A stretch of 64,000 nucleotides of DNA from an uncultured Bacilli bacterium (GTDB lineage: Bacteria; Bacillota_I; Bacilli_A; Izemoplasmatales; UBA1188). Below the pieces are notes generated by a model that saw only the letters and a program-made list of their open reading frames with translations, did not search any database and was not told the origin of the DNA. Positions 21,171 to 31,809 of the stretch are shown piece after piece. The position numbers and the translations under genes were made by a program. The first letter of the stretch is position 1. Each line of letters begins with the position of its first letter. The stretch lies in contig CAJOMC010000007.1 of assembly GCA_905235635.1 (NCBI GenBank), positions 18,998 to 82,997 on the forward strand, written 5' to 3'.

Positions 21171-24100
21171 ATGGATACTAGTTTATCTAATAGTCTTCCT
21201 AAAAAAAGACTAATACATAGAATTGCATCTCATATATTAAAAACGCCGCAAAGAACCATAGCTTATACTGGATTTCTTCTATTTTTCGTTCTTATGGCCT
21301 ATTTTTTAATCGTCTATTTTTTAAGAAATAATATTTATTGTGCTTTTAGCGATGATACGGTTCAATATTATCCATTCATGGTTGATTTCATCGATCAAAT
21401 AAAATCAGGTGATTTTTCATATTTTAACTATAAAAATTATTTAGGTTCATCATTCTTTTCTGATTCTTACTATATCCCACTTGATTTCTTCACTCTTATA
21501 ATTTTGCTTCTATCTTTTTTAATGGAAACTGAAGTTGCGATGTCGATTGTGGAACTCTTAAAGTTTGTGGTAGGCACAGTATTTTTATGTATTTATTTAT
21601 CGATGAAAAATACAAAAACTAAGTATACTCATATCGCAGGTTTAGTATATTTTTCATCCAGTGGAATAACATGTTTTTCATGTTTCCCATCCTTCACATC
21701 CCTTGCGGTATATCTTCCGCTATCACTAATTATTGGTGAGTTATTCATCCGTGGAAAATGGCAGTTTACTCCGCTTTTCTCACTAATTGTGGTGTTCTAT
21801 AATTTCTATTTAGCCTACACAGTATTTGCCTTTATGGCTTTCTCAATTATATTTATGTCAATTATAAAGGGAAGAAAATGGTATAGGGTAATTTTAGACA
21901 CATTACTCTATGTGCTGCTCATACTTCTAGGGCTTCTTATGAGTATGTGCATATTCTTGCCTAGTGTTTTATATATACTTCATTCAACTCCAAGACAGGT
22001 AATAGATGGTGGATCAAGTTTTACTAAGCTTATAATGATGTTTTTATCATATATTGAAGTAATTGAGGCTTTCTTTAAATCTATATATTTCCTCTTGGTT
22101 AATTTAGTTAAACATCAAATATCTTTCTTTAATAATAATCTTATGATTGGCGAGTCTTTCGCAACATTAAGAGGACTTATTAGAGTTCTTAAAACCAGAC
22201 ATACTCTAGGTGATCTTAATTTATTCTCATCATTCTTTAGCGATGAAGTGTTCTATAGAGTAATGGGAAGCACTTTTGTGCCATCATGGCCATCTGCGTT
22301 CTATGGATATTTAGATAGTTACTTCCTAGAACATGCATCTCTTTATATAACTGGTTTTGGTATATTGATCGCATCATATGTGTTCTTCTTAAAAAATAGG
22401 ACAAGTAAAGTATATAAAGCCATGGTTTTTGTATTTCTACTATTTATGTCTTTACCATTTTTCTCATATATCTTTAGTGCGAATCTTGAGGTCTTATACA
22501 CAAGGTGGATGAACGTCCTATCAATACCGCTTATTATAATAATGGCCCATGTGTTAAACGAAACTGATTTAAAAGATTTAAATAAGGCAGGAGTAATATC
22601 GCTATTCTTTATCTTCTTATACCTTGCGGCAATATCTACATTCCATCATCTGGTAAAATTATCCGAATTAGCGGAAGTAAATAGGCTCAGTGAAAATCTC
22701 ATATCTTTTATGAATTATATGTATATGAGCGCAGGAGCGATTCTTCTATCATTCTTTGTGTTCTTTATCTTCGCTTATATTATTAGAAAAGGAAGTAAGA
22801 AGTTAAAATCTATCGCATATCCACTAATCTCATCTTTACTCGTCGCATCGATCATATTAATTGTGGTCAATTTAACTAATAAATATAATTCTTTTGATAA
22901 ATCAACTTTGGAATTTACATTAAATATAAAAGATCCGCTATATGACCCTGAAAGTATGCTTGCGATACAATATTTGTCAATATTAACTCTTCTTTTAATG
23001 ATGTTTGTATCATTCGCATTAATTATTAAAAATAAGAAAATTCTATATGGTGTACTTGCGCTTGAAGTAATAATTAGCGCATGCCTATCATTTGGACTTC
23101 CAGTAATATATAGTGGTGAAGCAACAATGTATAAAAAGACTCACAACTTATCTGAATTAATAGAGGAGAAAGTTGATGACGACAGTCTATATAGAATATA
23201 TTTGTCCCCATCTGTATCAGGAATACTAGGGACAAATGTCTCTAGGTTTATGCCTAAAGGAACAAACCAGAATATCTTCCATTCATTTGTGACTAATAAG
23301 ACTGATGGAGTAACTGATTTACTCTTTGGGGTTAAGTCAGAAGGCCAGGCAGGAAAGAAGAAGATTAACACATATTCAGAATCCCTAAATATTCTTCTTG
23401 GCTATAAGTATATTGTTGCGCCAAAAGAAAGTTCATTCTCATCCTATGACATAAATAAATTTGAAGAAATATATACAGATAATGAATACATCATCCTAAA
23501 AGTTAAAAACTATGAAGAATTCTTGTATTTTGATAATATCTCTTCAAGAGAATCATTTAATTCTATAAAATCAAAGTTATCAACCGTAAGTCAGAAAACA
23601 AACTTCCTATTAAATTATGGTGTCAGCGAAAAAGAAGAGGATGAAATAATTAATAGATATATGACATATAGCGACGTATCAAGTTACATAAGCTCCACAA
23701 AAACTCATAACGTAGCCCAAAAAGAAACACTAGATTTAGATAGCTACGTTGAAATAGAAAGTGAAGAATACAGTTATTACTCGTTTGACGAATCAAACTA
23801 TATAACCACAAGGAGTTACGCGATAAACATTGGAGGCCTAATTTCTACCGCGGATGAAATAATTGATGGTGAATCTTTAATTATAGAATTTTCTAATGGT
23901 GAAAGATATATAGTCAAAGATATAAATAAGAGAAACATGAACTCATCAACATTCCATATTCCTGTCTATGGAAGTCAAAATGGTGATTTAAAAATAAATG
24001 GATCATCTGAATATACTATTGTGAGTGATAATGGATTAGCTCCTTACCCTAAAGGCATCTACCTTAAATCAACGTATGCGCCAAATAGGTTAACGGTTGG

Positions 24101-24782
24101 GGTAGAAGCTATATTCCCTAACGTTTCTAATTTGGATGAATATGAAGGGCGCATAGTAGACTCATCTGATTCATTAGGTGCATATTTTAGATATAATGTA
24201 TTGGATAAAATATCTATCGATTCACTTATCTCACTCTCGTTTGCTGAATCATTTAATCCATCTACAATTATCGCAGCTCTTGAGGATGGTAGTTATACCA
24301 TCATCAGCAGTGAATTTACCGCCTATGATTTAGTTAAATATATTTATGTGTCTAAAGATTCTTTCGCATCTAATAAACAAGCCCCATCAATGACCATTTC
24401 AAGTATTAAAGACGATAATGAATATAGTGATAATATTTCAAATAAAGAAATATATACTAAAAAATCATCCATTATACTATCTTATACAAACAATAATAAG
24501 AGTGATACATATAGCGTAATAATGCTGCCATATACTTATAGTTCTGAGTGGAAAATAGTGTCGGGTGAGGTTCAAGAGATAATCCCTATAAATGGCGGTT
24601 TCATCGGACTAATTGTACCGAATAATATAGATAATAATTTAATTGAAATTACATTTAATCCTGAAGGGCTTAAAGAAGGAATAGGACTAACCCTAATTGG
24701 AATACTCACTTACACAATTAGCTTAGTAATGTATCAACTATTAAGAGATAAAAAGAAATTAAAAGGAGAAGAATTTGTATGA
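21171..24782 (+). CDS. YfhO-like GT-C polytopic membrane glycosyltransferase (large)
   Basis: DxxxQYYPF N-terminal motif, NFYLAY, many TM helices, C-terminal LPYTYSSEW...INGGFIG...FNPEGLKEG; adjacent GT2 and GtrA. Confidence 0.75.
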   Translation: MDTSLSNSLPKKRLIHRIASHILKTPQRTIAYTGFLLFFVLMAYFLIVYFLRNNIYCAFSDDTVQYYPFMVDFIDQIKSGDFSYFNYKNYLGSSFFSDSYYIPLDFFTLIILLLSFLMETEVAMSIVELLKFVVGTVFLCIYLSMKNTKTKYTHIAGLVYFSSSGITCFSCFPSFTSLAVYLPLSLIIGELFIRGKWQFTPLFSLIVVFYNFYLAYTVFAFMAFSIIFMSIIKGRKWYRVILDTLLYVLLILLGLLMSMCIFLPSVLYILHSTPRQVIDGGSSFTKLIMMFLSYIEVIEAFFKSIYFLLVNLVKHQISFFNNNLMIGESFATLRGLIRVLKTRHTLGDLNLFSSFFSDEVFYRVMGSTFVPSWPSAFYGYLDSYFLEHASLYITGFGILIASYVFFLKNRTSKVYKAMVFVFLLFMSLPFFSYIFSANLEVLYTRWMNVLSIPLIIIMAHVLNETDLKDLNKAGVISLFFIFLYLAAISTFHHLVKLSELAEVNRLSENLISFMNYMYMSAGAILLSFFVFFIFAYIIRKGSKKLKSIAYPLISSLLVASIILIVVNLTNKYNSFDKSTLEFTLNIKDPLYDPESMLAIQYLSILTLLLMMFVSFALIIKNKKILYGVLALEVIISACLSFGLPVIYSGEATMYKKTHNLSELIEEKVDDDSLYRIYLSPSVSGILGTNVSRFMPKGTNQNIFHSFVTNKTDGVTDLLFGVKSEGQAGKKKINTYSESLNILLGYKYIVAPKESSFSSYDINKFEEIYTDNEYIILKVKNYEEFLYFDNISSRESFNSIKSKLSTVSQKTNFLLNYGVSEKEEDEIINRYMTYSDVSSYISSTKTHNVAQKETLDLDSYVEIESEEYSYYSFDESNYITTRSYAINIGGLISTADEIIDGESLIIEFSNGERYIVKDINKRNMNSSTFHIPVYGSQNGDLKINGSSEYTIVSDNGLAPYPKGIYLKSTYAPNRLTVGVEAIFPNVSNLDEYEGRIVDSSDSLGAYFRYNVLDKISIDSLISLSFAESFNPSTIIAALEDGSYTIISSEFTAYDLVKYIYVSKDSFASNKQAPSMTISSIKDDNEYSDNISNKEIYTKKSSIILSYTNNNKSDTYSVIMLPYTYSSEWKIVSGEVQEIIPINGGFIGLIVPNNIDNNLIEITFNPEGLKEGIGLTLIGILTYTISLVMYQLLRDKKKLKGEEFV

Positions 24783-25720
24783 AAAGATTAACATTAATCG
24801 TCCCCGCATATAATGAAGAACTATGTATTAAAGATTTTTATAATACTTTAGAAAAATATCTTAAAGATTTAAAAATATCTTCAAGATACTTGTTTGTAGA
24901 TGATGGTTCTAAGGATAATACCTTAGATGAAATCAAAGCATTAAGAAAAAAAGATAAAAGGGTTCAGTATATTTCTTTTTCAAAGAATCAAGGAAAAGAA
25001 GCTGCGCTTCTATCAGGTTTAACCGAGGCAAAAGATGATGATTATGTAGTTATGATGGACGCAGATCTCCAACATCCCCCATATCTAATTCCTTTAATGC
25101 TTGAAAAAATGAATGAGGGGTATGATGTTGTCTATGGTAAAAAGGCAAACAGAAAAGGTGATAAGGCATCCAATAGTTTCTTCGCTAAATCATTTTATAA
25201 AACATTTGATAAATACGCTGATGTAGAAATGGAAAAGAACGCGACAGATTATATGCTTATAAATAATAAAGTAATAAAAGCTTTCCTTTCTATGCCCGAT
25301 GAATATAGATTTACTAAAGGTATTATGTCATATGTTGGATTTAAGAAATGCTTTATTGAGTTTGATTTCGTTAAAAGGGAAAAAGGAAAGACCAAATGGA
25401 ATTTTAAGAAATTACTTAAATATGGAGTTAATGGATTAAATCAATTTTCAAACATTTTTATTATTGTTCCTATAATATCGTTTATTCTCTCTATGCTTGT
25501 GTCAATTTCAAGTGTAGTACTCTTTGTGTTTAAAATACTTACGCTTGAAAGTTTCTTAATACTACTTTTAATACCGCTACTATTTGCGGCTTTAAGTGTA
25601 GTTCTTTATTTCCTACTATTTGTCTTATACTCAGTTAGAAGAGAAGTAATAAAGAGGCCTTTATATTTTATAAGGGAGATGGAGGTAGATGAAGAATCTT
25701 CTTCTTTGGATAAAGAATAA
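24779..25720 (+). CDS. GT2 polyprenyl-phosphate glycosyltransferase (CsbB/GtrB-like)
   Basis: IVPAYNEE, VDDGSKD, MDADLQHPP, two C-terminal TMs, KRPLY. Confidence 0.9.
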   Translation: MKRLTLIVPAYNEELCIKDFYNTLEKYLKDLKISSRYLFVDDGSKDNTLDEIKALRKKDKRVQYISFSKNQGKEAALLSGLTEAKDDDYVVMMDADLQHPPYLIPLMLEKMNEGYDVVYGKKANRKGDKASNSFFAKSFYKTFDKYADVEMEKNATDYMLINNKVIKAFLSMPDEYRFTKGIMSYVGFKKCFIEFDFVKREKGKTKWNFKKLLKYGVNGLNQFSNIFIIVPIISFILSMLVSISSVVLFVFKILTLESFLILLLIPLLFAALSVVLYFLLFVLYSVRREVIKRPLYFIREMEVDEESSSLDKE

Positions 25721-26222
25721 ATTCTTTACCAAATCATTTCTGTCATTTATTATAATTGGTATTTTAAATACCCTAATCAACGCACTATTTGTGTGGTTAG
25801 TTTCTAGTGTATTTACTTGGATACATGGAAATGAGATTCTATCAACTGATCCACTTTATGCACCATCTACCGCAGTATCTACTTTGGTAGCTTTCATAGC
25901 GGCTTCAATCTTTAGTTATTTTGCGAACGCAAAATTCACCTATAGGCAAAATAAAAGGGATATAAGAACTTTTATCGAAGCTATTATATCTTTTGGGATT
26001 AGATTTGGACTCACGTGGCTTTTAACATTCCTTTTTGGTAAGCTATTCTCTATCTGGTTATATGCAACACCTCTTTCTCAAGAGGCAATTACCACAATCG
26101 CAAACCTAGTCGCATCAATCCTTATGATTCCACCATTCTATTTTTTATTAGGATACGTGTTCAAAAGAACTAAGAAAAGACTAGAAAATAGCGAACCTAT
26201 AAAGGAAGAAGATGGAGAATAA
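25689..26222 (+). CDS. GtrA-family flippase
   Basis: FIIIGILNTLI, SYFANAKFTY; four TMs. Confidence 0.8.
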   Translation: MKNLLLWIKNKFFTKSFLSFIIIGILNTLINALFVWLVSSVFTWIHGNEILSTDPLYAPSTAVSTLVAFIAASIFSYFANAKFTYRQNKRDIRTFIEAIISFGIRFGLTWLLTFLFGKLFSIWLYATPLSQEAITTIANLVASILMIPPFYFLLGYVFKRTKKRLENSEPIKEEDGE

Positions 26223-26565
26223 TTCTAGAATACTTGAAAGACTATCTCATTCTAAATTTAGGAATAGTTTTCATTTAAAACAGAAAGATAAAGAATATAT
26301 AAAAGTGAAAGGGATAGATATAATTAAGAGTCATGCCTATGACTTTATAAATAATAGAATAAAACCATCATTTATTGAAAATGATGGTAAGCAAACCCCA
26401 TATAAAGGTCACCCTGTCTTTATTGCGGAACATGCCACTGCGACCTGTTGCAGAGGATGTATTGAGAAATGGTATAATATCCCTAAAAATAGAGATTTAA
26501 CATTAGAAGAAGTAGATTACTTTGTATCTATAATAATGGACTGGATAAGAAAAGAACTGGATTAG
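26212..26565 (+). CDS. DUF4186-like protein
   Basis: SKFRNSFHL, NDGKQTP, GHPVFIAEHATATCCRGCIEKW. Confidence 0.8.
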   Translation: MENNSRILERLSHSKFRNSFHLKQKDKEYIKVKGIDIIKSHAYDFINNRIKPSFIENDGKQTPYKGHPVFIAEHATATCCRGCIEKWYNIPKNRDLTLEEVDYFVSIIMDWIRKELD

Positions 26566-26576
26566 CCCAGTTCTTT

Positions 26577-28214
26577 CTATTTAATAATGATCCTATTATC
26601 GATATCTTTATAATTATCTAAAGATTCTAGTGTTTTTATGTACTCTATAAGTGCTTCATAGTCTACACATGCTTCTTTAACTAATATATTAGAGTTAGCA
26701 AATGCAGTATTTCCATCACCATAATTAATGCATAAATAATCAAGGGTTGCGATAGTATATGTCTTATTTAAATCCATAAGAACATACTCGCCATCAATAA
26801 GTATAGATACATCCTTAACCCTATATTCACCATCAATTGACTCAAGTAATCCTTCATTATTTGTTTTGACACTAGATTTAATACTAGTATCAATAGTATA
26901 TCTTAGACCAGATACATGAAGGAAACCACCAAACTCACTGAATTTCAATACATAATTATTTGTGACGTTTTTAGCACCAAATTCTAGTGCATTTAATATT
27001 TCTTTTCCGCTTGCCTCTATGAGACATAAATTATTTCCAAAAGGCAATACATCAAATACATTTTTTAAAGTGATATCACCTTTTTCAATATTGGTTCTAA
27101 TTCCACCACCGTTTTGAATTCCTATATCCGCACCAAGAAGATTTCTATATGCATCAGAGATTAAATCACCAAGGTTAGTTTCTCTTTGTCTTACGATTCT
27201 TATACCCGCATTATCTGTGATTTTTAAGTCATAGTTGGTATATCCTATAACAGTTTTTAAAAGTTCATTATATTCAGCTTTTAGTGAATCAATTTTACTT
27301 TTTACACTCTCATCTTCTTTATTGTATTTACTGATGAGATTTGTCGTAATTTGGCCATTCCCTTTTATTTTTAGTAATCCAACATTTTGAAATTTAGTAC
27401 CTGTAGATGTGATGATTACTTTATTTCCATCTTTATCTTTTGCTTTATTCCCTTTTATTACTGAATGAGAGTGTGCATCAAGCACTACATCTACACCTGA
27501 TAGATTCTTTACGAGCGATGTTGAGGTATATTCGACGTATGATTCAACTGTGCCCAAATGTGTAAGAAGAACTACATAATCTGCGCCATTATCTTTGACC
27601 TCATCAATGTAATATTGAACAGTAGAATTTAATTCTCCAGTATTACCAAAAAATGTATAAACATACTCACCATCTTCCATAAAGTTGGCTGGAGTAGATG
27701 AAGTAGTGGATTCGGGTGTTGAGACACCGATAAATGCAACTTTAGTTTTGCCATATTCTTCAATATAGTATGGAATTACGCTACTTAGTTTATTCTCTTT
27801 TTCGCCAACGTATCTAATGTTGCAAGATAATACTTTACCATTAAATTCATCTATTCTATTCTTTAATTCATCCATACCGTAATCAAATTCATGGTTTCCA
27901 AGTGTAATATAATCATATCCAACTTCATTCATAATATCGATTATATATTTACCTTTACTGGCGGAACCAATAAATCCTCCTTGAAGATAATCACCGTTAT
28001 CCACCAGTGTTACATAATCTGTCTTATCTTTTATTTCATTTTTTAGTGCTTTTAAAGAAGAATAAGACATATTTCCGTCTTCCACTTCACAGTGCACATC
28101 GTTTGTATATAAAATCGCTATATCGCCTTTTGAAAAACTAGCGATATTTCCACAGGAAGTTAATATAAGGACTGTAATTATTGATATAAGTATTGATATT
28201 TTTTTCATATTCAA
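26577..28214 (-). CDS. 5'-nucleotidase/metallophosphoesterase lipoprotein
   Basis: Lipobox LTSC; TNDVH, DNGD, GNHEFDYG, AHSH, NGGGIR, LPFGN. Confidence 0.9.
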   Translation of the reverse strand: MNMKKISILISIITVLILTSCGNIASFSKGDIAILYTNDVHCEVEDGNMSYSSLKALKNEIKDKTDYVTLVDNGDYLQGGFIGSASKGKYIIDIMNEVGYDYITLGNHEFDYGMDELKNRIDEFNGKVLSCNIRYVGEKENKLSSVIPYYIEEYGKTKVAFIGVSTPESTTSSTPANFMEDGEYVYTFFGNTGELNSTVQYYIDEVKDNGADYVVLLTHLGTVESYVEYTSTSLVKNLSGVDVVLDAHSHSVIKGNKAKDKDGNKVIITSTGTKFQNVGLLKIKGNGQITTNLISKYNKEDESVKSKIDSLKAEYNELLKTVIGYTNYDLKITDNAGIRIVRQRETNLGDLISDAYRNLLGADIGIQNGGGIRTNIEKGDITLKNVFDVLPFGNNLCLIEASGKEILNALEFGAKNVTNNYVLKFSEFGGFLHVSGLRYTIDTSIKSSVKTNNEGLLESIDGEYRVKDVSILIDGEYVLMDLNKTYTIATLDYLCINYGDGNTAFANSNILVKEACVDYEALIEYIKTLESLDNYKDIDNRIIIK

Positions 28215-28268
28215 ATCCTCATTACTATATTATATTATTTTGATAGTTTTGTGTGCTAAAATTAATAT

Positions 28269-29035
28269 ATGATTAAAGATATATTAATTGCGTTTTTAAT
28301 TCAAATAGGATCTACTATAGGACTCATTATTCTATTTGGTTTTATTATTAATATTGTAACTAAAATATTTTACTCTAATTTTGGAAGTAAGGCACTTACA
28401 GTGTGTAAGGCAACTGGTGTATTTGGTACGCCAGTACATGAACTATCCCATGCCTTATTCTGCTTATTATTTGGACATACTATCGTTGAATTAAAGTTGT
28501 ACGCACCAAATGATGATCATGGAACACTGGGATATGTTAATCATACATATAATCCAATTATCATAGAATAGGTAACTTCTTTATTGGTATTGCGCCAATA
28601 GTAATCATTTCTACAATACTCTATCTGCTTTCATTAGTATTTTTACCCGGAATGATGTCTAGTATTACTGGTTTAGTAAGGGGCGTGCCTCAAGCTGGCC
28701 TAAATAATATTAAGGCTATATTTACCACAATATTCTCATATATGGGATCATGGAAATTCTGGGTTTATATATTAATAAGCACACTTCTATGCCTTCATAT
28801 GACATTAAGTGGGGCAGATATTAAAGGTGCAGCATCAGGAATTATATTTGTCTTACTAATATTCTTAATTTTAGATGTAATACTCGCTTTAATTGGAAAA
28901 CTTGATTTGTTAACTGGCTGGGTTTTATCGTTTTCAGGTGTATTAATTACTATCTTTTCTTTATCAATTGCGATAGGCCTTGTGGCGGTATTATTCTCAT
29001 TAATTATTAGAATTCTATTTCGCAAAGTTCTTTAA
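28269..29035 (+). pseudogene. Membrane metalloprotease-like gene (HExxH, M50-like), frameshifted at ~28557
   Basis: GTPVHELSHALFC...LGYVNHTYNP then frame change into YHRIGNFFIGIAP, continuing in the frame of ORF 28652-29035. Confidence 0.7.
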
Positions 29036-29161
29036 ATAAAATATTTGTAAATTTTTAAATATTTTCTTACCCTTTTTATAATAAATATGTTATTATAACA
29101 AAGGTACATTTTGTTTACCCACAAAGCCCTTTTATTTTACTAATAGGAGGAATTAACAAAA

Positions 29162-29593
29162 ATGAATACTTATATGGCAAAACCAGCTGAAGTCGAAAGA
29201 AAATGGTACTTAATCGACGCAGAAGGTAAAACGCTCGGAAGACTCGCAACACAAATTGCTGATCTTTTAAGGGGAAAAGGAAAACCAACTTTTACTCCTC
29301 ATGTTGACTGTGGAGATTATGTAGTTGTAATCAATGCCGAAAAAATCCACGTTACAGGCAAGAAGATGCAAGACAAACTCTACTACAATCACTCTCAATA
29401 TCCTGGTGGACTTAGAGTGAGAACACTCGAGACTGTGCTCGAGAAGAAACCTACTGAAGCTCTTGAAAGAGCTGTTAAAGGTATGCTCCCTCATAATCAT
29501 CTTGGTGCTCAAGTTTATAGAAAGCTTTTCGTATACGCTGGCCCTGATTATGAACAAAAGGCTCAAAAGCCAGTACCTTATGAGGTTAAGTAG
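29162..29593 (+). CDS. rplM: 50S ribosomal protein L13
   Basis: [26 protein letters not shown]. Confidence 0.98.
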   Translation: MNTYMAKPAEVERKWYLIDAEGKTLGRLATQIADLLRGKGKPTFTPHVDCGDYVVVINAEKIHVTGKKMQDKLYYNHSQYPGGLRVRTLETVLEKKPTEALERAVKGMLPHNHLGAQVYRKLFVYAGPDYEQKAQKPVPYEVK

Positions 29594-29601
29594 GAGGAAT
29601 T

Positions 29602-29994
29602 ATGGAAAAAGTTAGATATAATGGAACCGGTAGAAGAAAAAGTTCTGTAGCAAGAGTAGTACTAACTCCTGGTACAGGCCAAATCACAATCAACGATCGT
29701 CCTTTTGAAGAATATATTACTAATGGTCTTTCAAGACTAGATGTAATGCAACCTTTAAAAGCTGTTGGACAAGAGTCTACACTAGATGTAACTGCAAAGA
29801 TTGATGGCGGTGGAATGACTGGCCAATCTGGCGCTCTACGTCTTGGTATTGCAAGAGCTCTTCTTGAAATCAATCCTGAATATCGTAAAATCTTAAAACC
29901 TCTCGGTTTCTTAACAAGAGATCCAAGAGCAAAAGAAAGAAAGAAATACGGTCTCAAGAAAGCAAGACGTGCTCCACAATTCTCAAAGCGTTAG
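29602..29994 (+). CDS. rpsI: 30S ribosomal protein S9
   Basis: [31 protein letters not shown]. Confidence 0.98.
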   Translation: MEKVRYNGTGRRKSSVARVVLTPGTGQITINDRPFEEYITNGLSRLDVMQPLKAVGQESTLDVTAKIDGGGMTGQSGALRLGIARALLEINPEYRKILKPLGFLTRDPRAKERKKYGLKKARRAPQFSKR

Positions 29995-30004
29995 TCTTAT
30001 ATAC

Positions 30005-30030
30005 AAAAAACACCCGCTTGGGTGTTTTTT
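30005..30030. terminator. Bidirectional terminator after rpsI
   Basis: AAAAAACACCC-GCTT-GGGTGTTTTTT. Confidence 0.85.
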
Positions 30031-30051
30031 GTATACTAATATGTTTTCTCA

Positions 30052-30159
30052 GGAAGCATAAAGCAGCATTTTTCAAACGTAAGGCGTGTGGGCTCTGTCT
30101 TCGCTAGCCCCGTCATAATAAAGAATAGCACCCCTATAAAGGAGCTCTACCTATGCTTA
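30052..30159 (-). ncRNA. Candidate structured non-coding RNA, family unassigned
   Basis: GC-richer intergenic block with closing stem AAGCAUAG-GUAG/CUGC-U-UUAUGCUU (G-U pairs only on minus strand), internal hairpins, minus-strand TATAAT just upstream, terminator downstream. Confidence 0.5.
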
Positions 30160-30225
30160 AAGTTGAATTATACAAATATGTTAGATATAATTTAGGAGTC
30201 AAATAACAAGTTAAGGAGTAGTAAA

Positions 30226-31662
30226 ATGCTAGATAAAACATCTATAATATTTGGAAATAAAATCGATAAAAAGACTATAAAAAAAGCAGAAAAGAGTAAA
30301 GCTAAATATATTAAGAAATATGGCGATGACTCTAATGCCGACTATAAAATATCTTTTAAAGATATAGGTACATTAGATTTTATTGGTGCCAGCAATATAG
30401 TTTTCGGAGGTAAGAATCAAAAGTTTGATGATAATGCCTTAATCGTAGGAAATATTCGTATGGGTTTTGGCCACTATAGAATATCTATCGCTATGGCATC
30501 AGCCGCAAGAGCTTTGGGTTATAAACCGTATTGGCTTGATCTTGCATCATTTGATGCGACTGGTTCAAAGATGATTAGAGAACAAAATGATATGTATTCG
30601 CTCGCATCTAAAATCTCTCAAAAATCTAAATTATTTAATAAGATTGTTTGGGAGCCACTAAATAGTGAAGGTTTTAAAAAGATTACTTATAACGCAAAAG
30701 ATCAAAAGAATAGTGAACTATTAGTTCCAATCTTTAAAAATATTAATAAGGATATCCCATATATCGCAACTCATGTGTGGCCATCACAAGCTGCGATTCA
30801 TGCAGGAATGACACATGTAGTAAACGCAATTCCTGATAACTGGCCTATGGGTCTTCATTTATCTGAGGGTGCAATTCACGCAGTTCAAACTCAGTTTGCT
30901 TATTTTGGATATAAAACTTTAAATGGATTTGCGAAGACTCCACTTAAAGGTATTCCTGAAGAATCTTTAAAAGAAGTTGGTTGTTTTATTGACCATGAAT
31001 TACTAGTTGACCTTGAAAATGATAATAAGAGAAGAAAAGAAAGAATTAATAATGATAAGCCTATTCGTATTTTAATGACTGTGGGTGGAGCTGGTGCTGG
31101 ATTTGATATGTTCCTCGCTATGGTTAAACATTTAATACCTTATGTTGAAAGTAATAAAGTAGCTTTATTCATTAACTTTGGTGATCATAAAGATGTATAT
31201 GAAAAACTTTGCAAGAAAGTTAGTATTAATACAAAGAACTTCTTTAATCAATATGGTGAATTAAAAGAACTTACTAAAGCAATTAAAGAAGGAGAAGCGA
31301 GTGGCATTTATGCTATCTATAGTGAAAACATCTTTGAAGCAGTATATTCGACTAACCTACTAATGCCTGTTACTGATTTACTAATTACTAAACCTTCAGA
31401 ACTTGCATATTATCCAATTCCTAAAATATTTATGAGACATATTGGTGGTCATGAAGTATATGGCGCTATAAATGGAAGAGAGTATGGAGACTCAACTCCT
31501 GAATTTCCAACTGAAAAGGAAATTAACTTAATGTTAGATAAGATTCTTGGTGATAAAGAAATTTTATGTCATATGTGTGATCAAATTGATGAACTTAAAG
31601 CTCAAGGTAGATATGATGGAGCTTATGAATGTGTTAAGCTCGCAGTTGGTAAAAATAAATAA
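30226..31662 (+). CDS. Uncharacterised GT-B-fold glycosyltransferase-like protein (diacylglycerol glycosyltransferase-like)
   Basis: MGFGH, ATHVW, LMTVGGAG, DLLITKPSEL; own promoter TTGAAT-17-TATAAT ~30163-30191. Confidence 0.55.
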   Translation: MLDKTSIIFGNKIDKKTIKKAEKSKAKYIKKYGDDSNADYKISFKDIGTLDFIGASNIVFGGKNQKFDDNALIVGNIRMGFGHYRISIAMASAARALGYKPYWLDLASFDATGSKMIREQNDMYSLASKISQKSKLFNKIVWEPLNSEGFKKITYNAKDQKNSELLVPIFKNINKDIPYIATHVWPSQAAIHAGMTHVVNAIPDNWPMGLHLSEGAIHAVQTQFAYFGYKTLNGFAKTPLKGIPEESLKEVGCFIDHELLVDLENDNKRRKERINNDKPIRILMTVGGAGAGFDMFLAMVKHLIPYVESNKVALFINFGDHKDVYEKLCKKVSINTKNFFNQYGELKELTKAIKEGEASGIYAIYSENIFEAVYSTNLLMPVTDLLITKPSELAYYPIPKIFMRHIGGHEVYGAINGREYGDSTPEFPTEKEINLMLDKILGDKEILCHMCDQIDELKAQGRYDGAYECVKLAVGKNK

Positions 31663-31809
31663 GATATGAAAACTATTTGAAAAGACCGGAAAATTGTTTC
31701 TAGTCTTTTTAATTTCTAGATATAAAAACTACCTAGATTTTACTCTAAGTAGTCTTTTAGTAGTTATTAAAACATCATTAATAAGTTGTGTGTCCGCTTG
31801 ATTTTTTGT

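Noticed and set aside
30052-30159. Known riboswitch or ribozyme (lysine, SAM-I, TPP, glmS, yybP-ykoY, pistol) controlling the gene at 30226
   Set aside because: Consensus cores are not matched, folding favours the minus strand, and the gene's own promoter lies downstream of the element.
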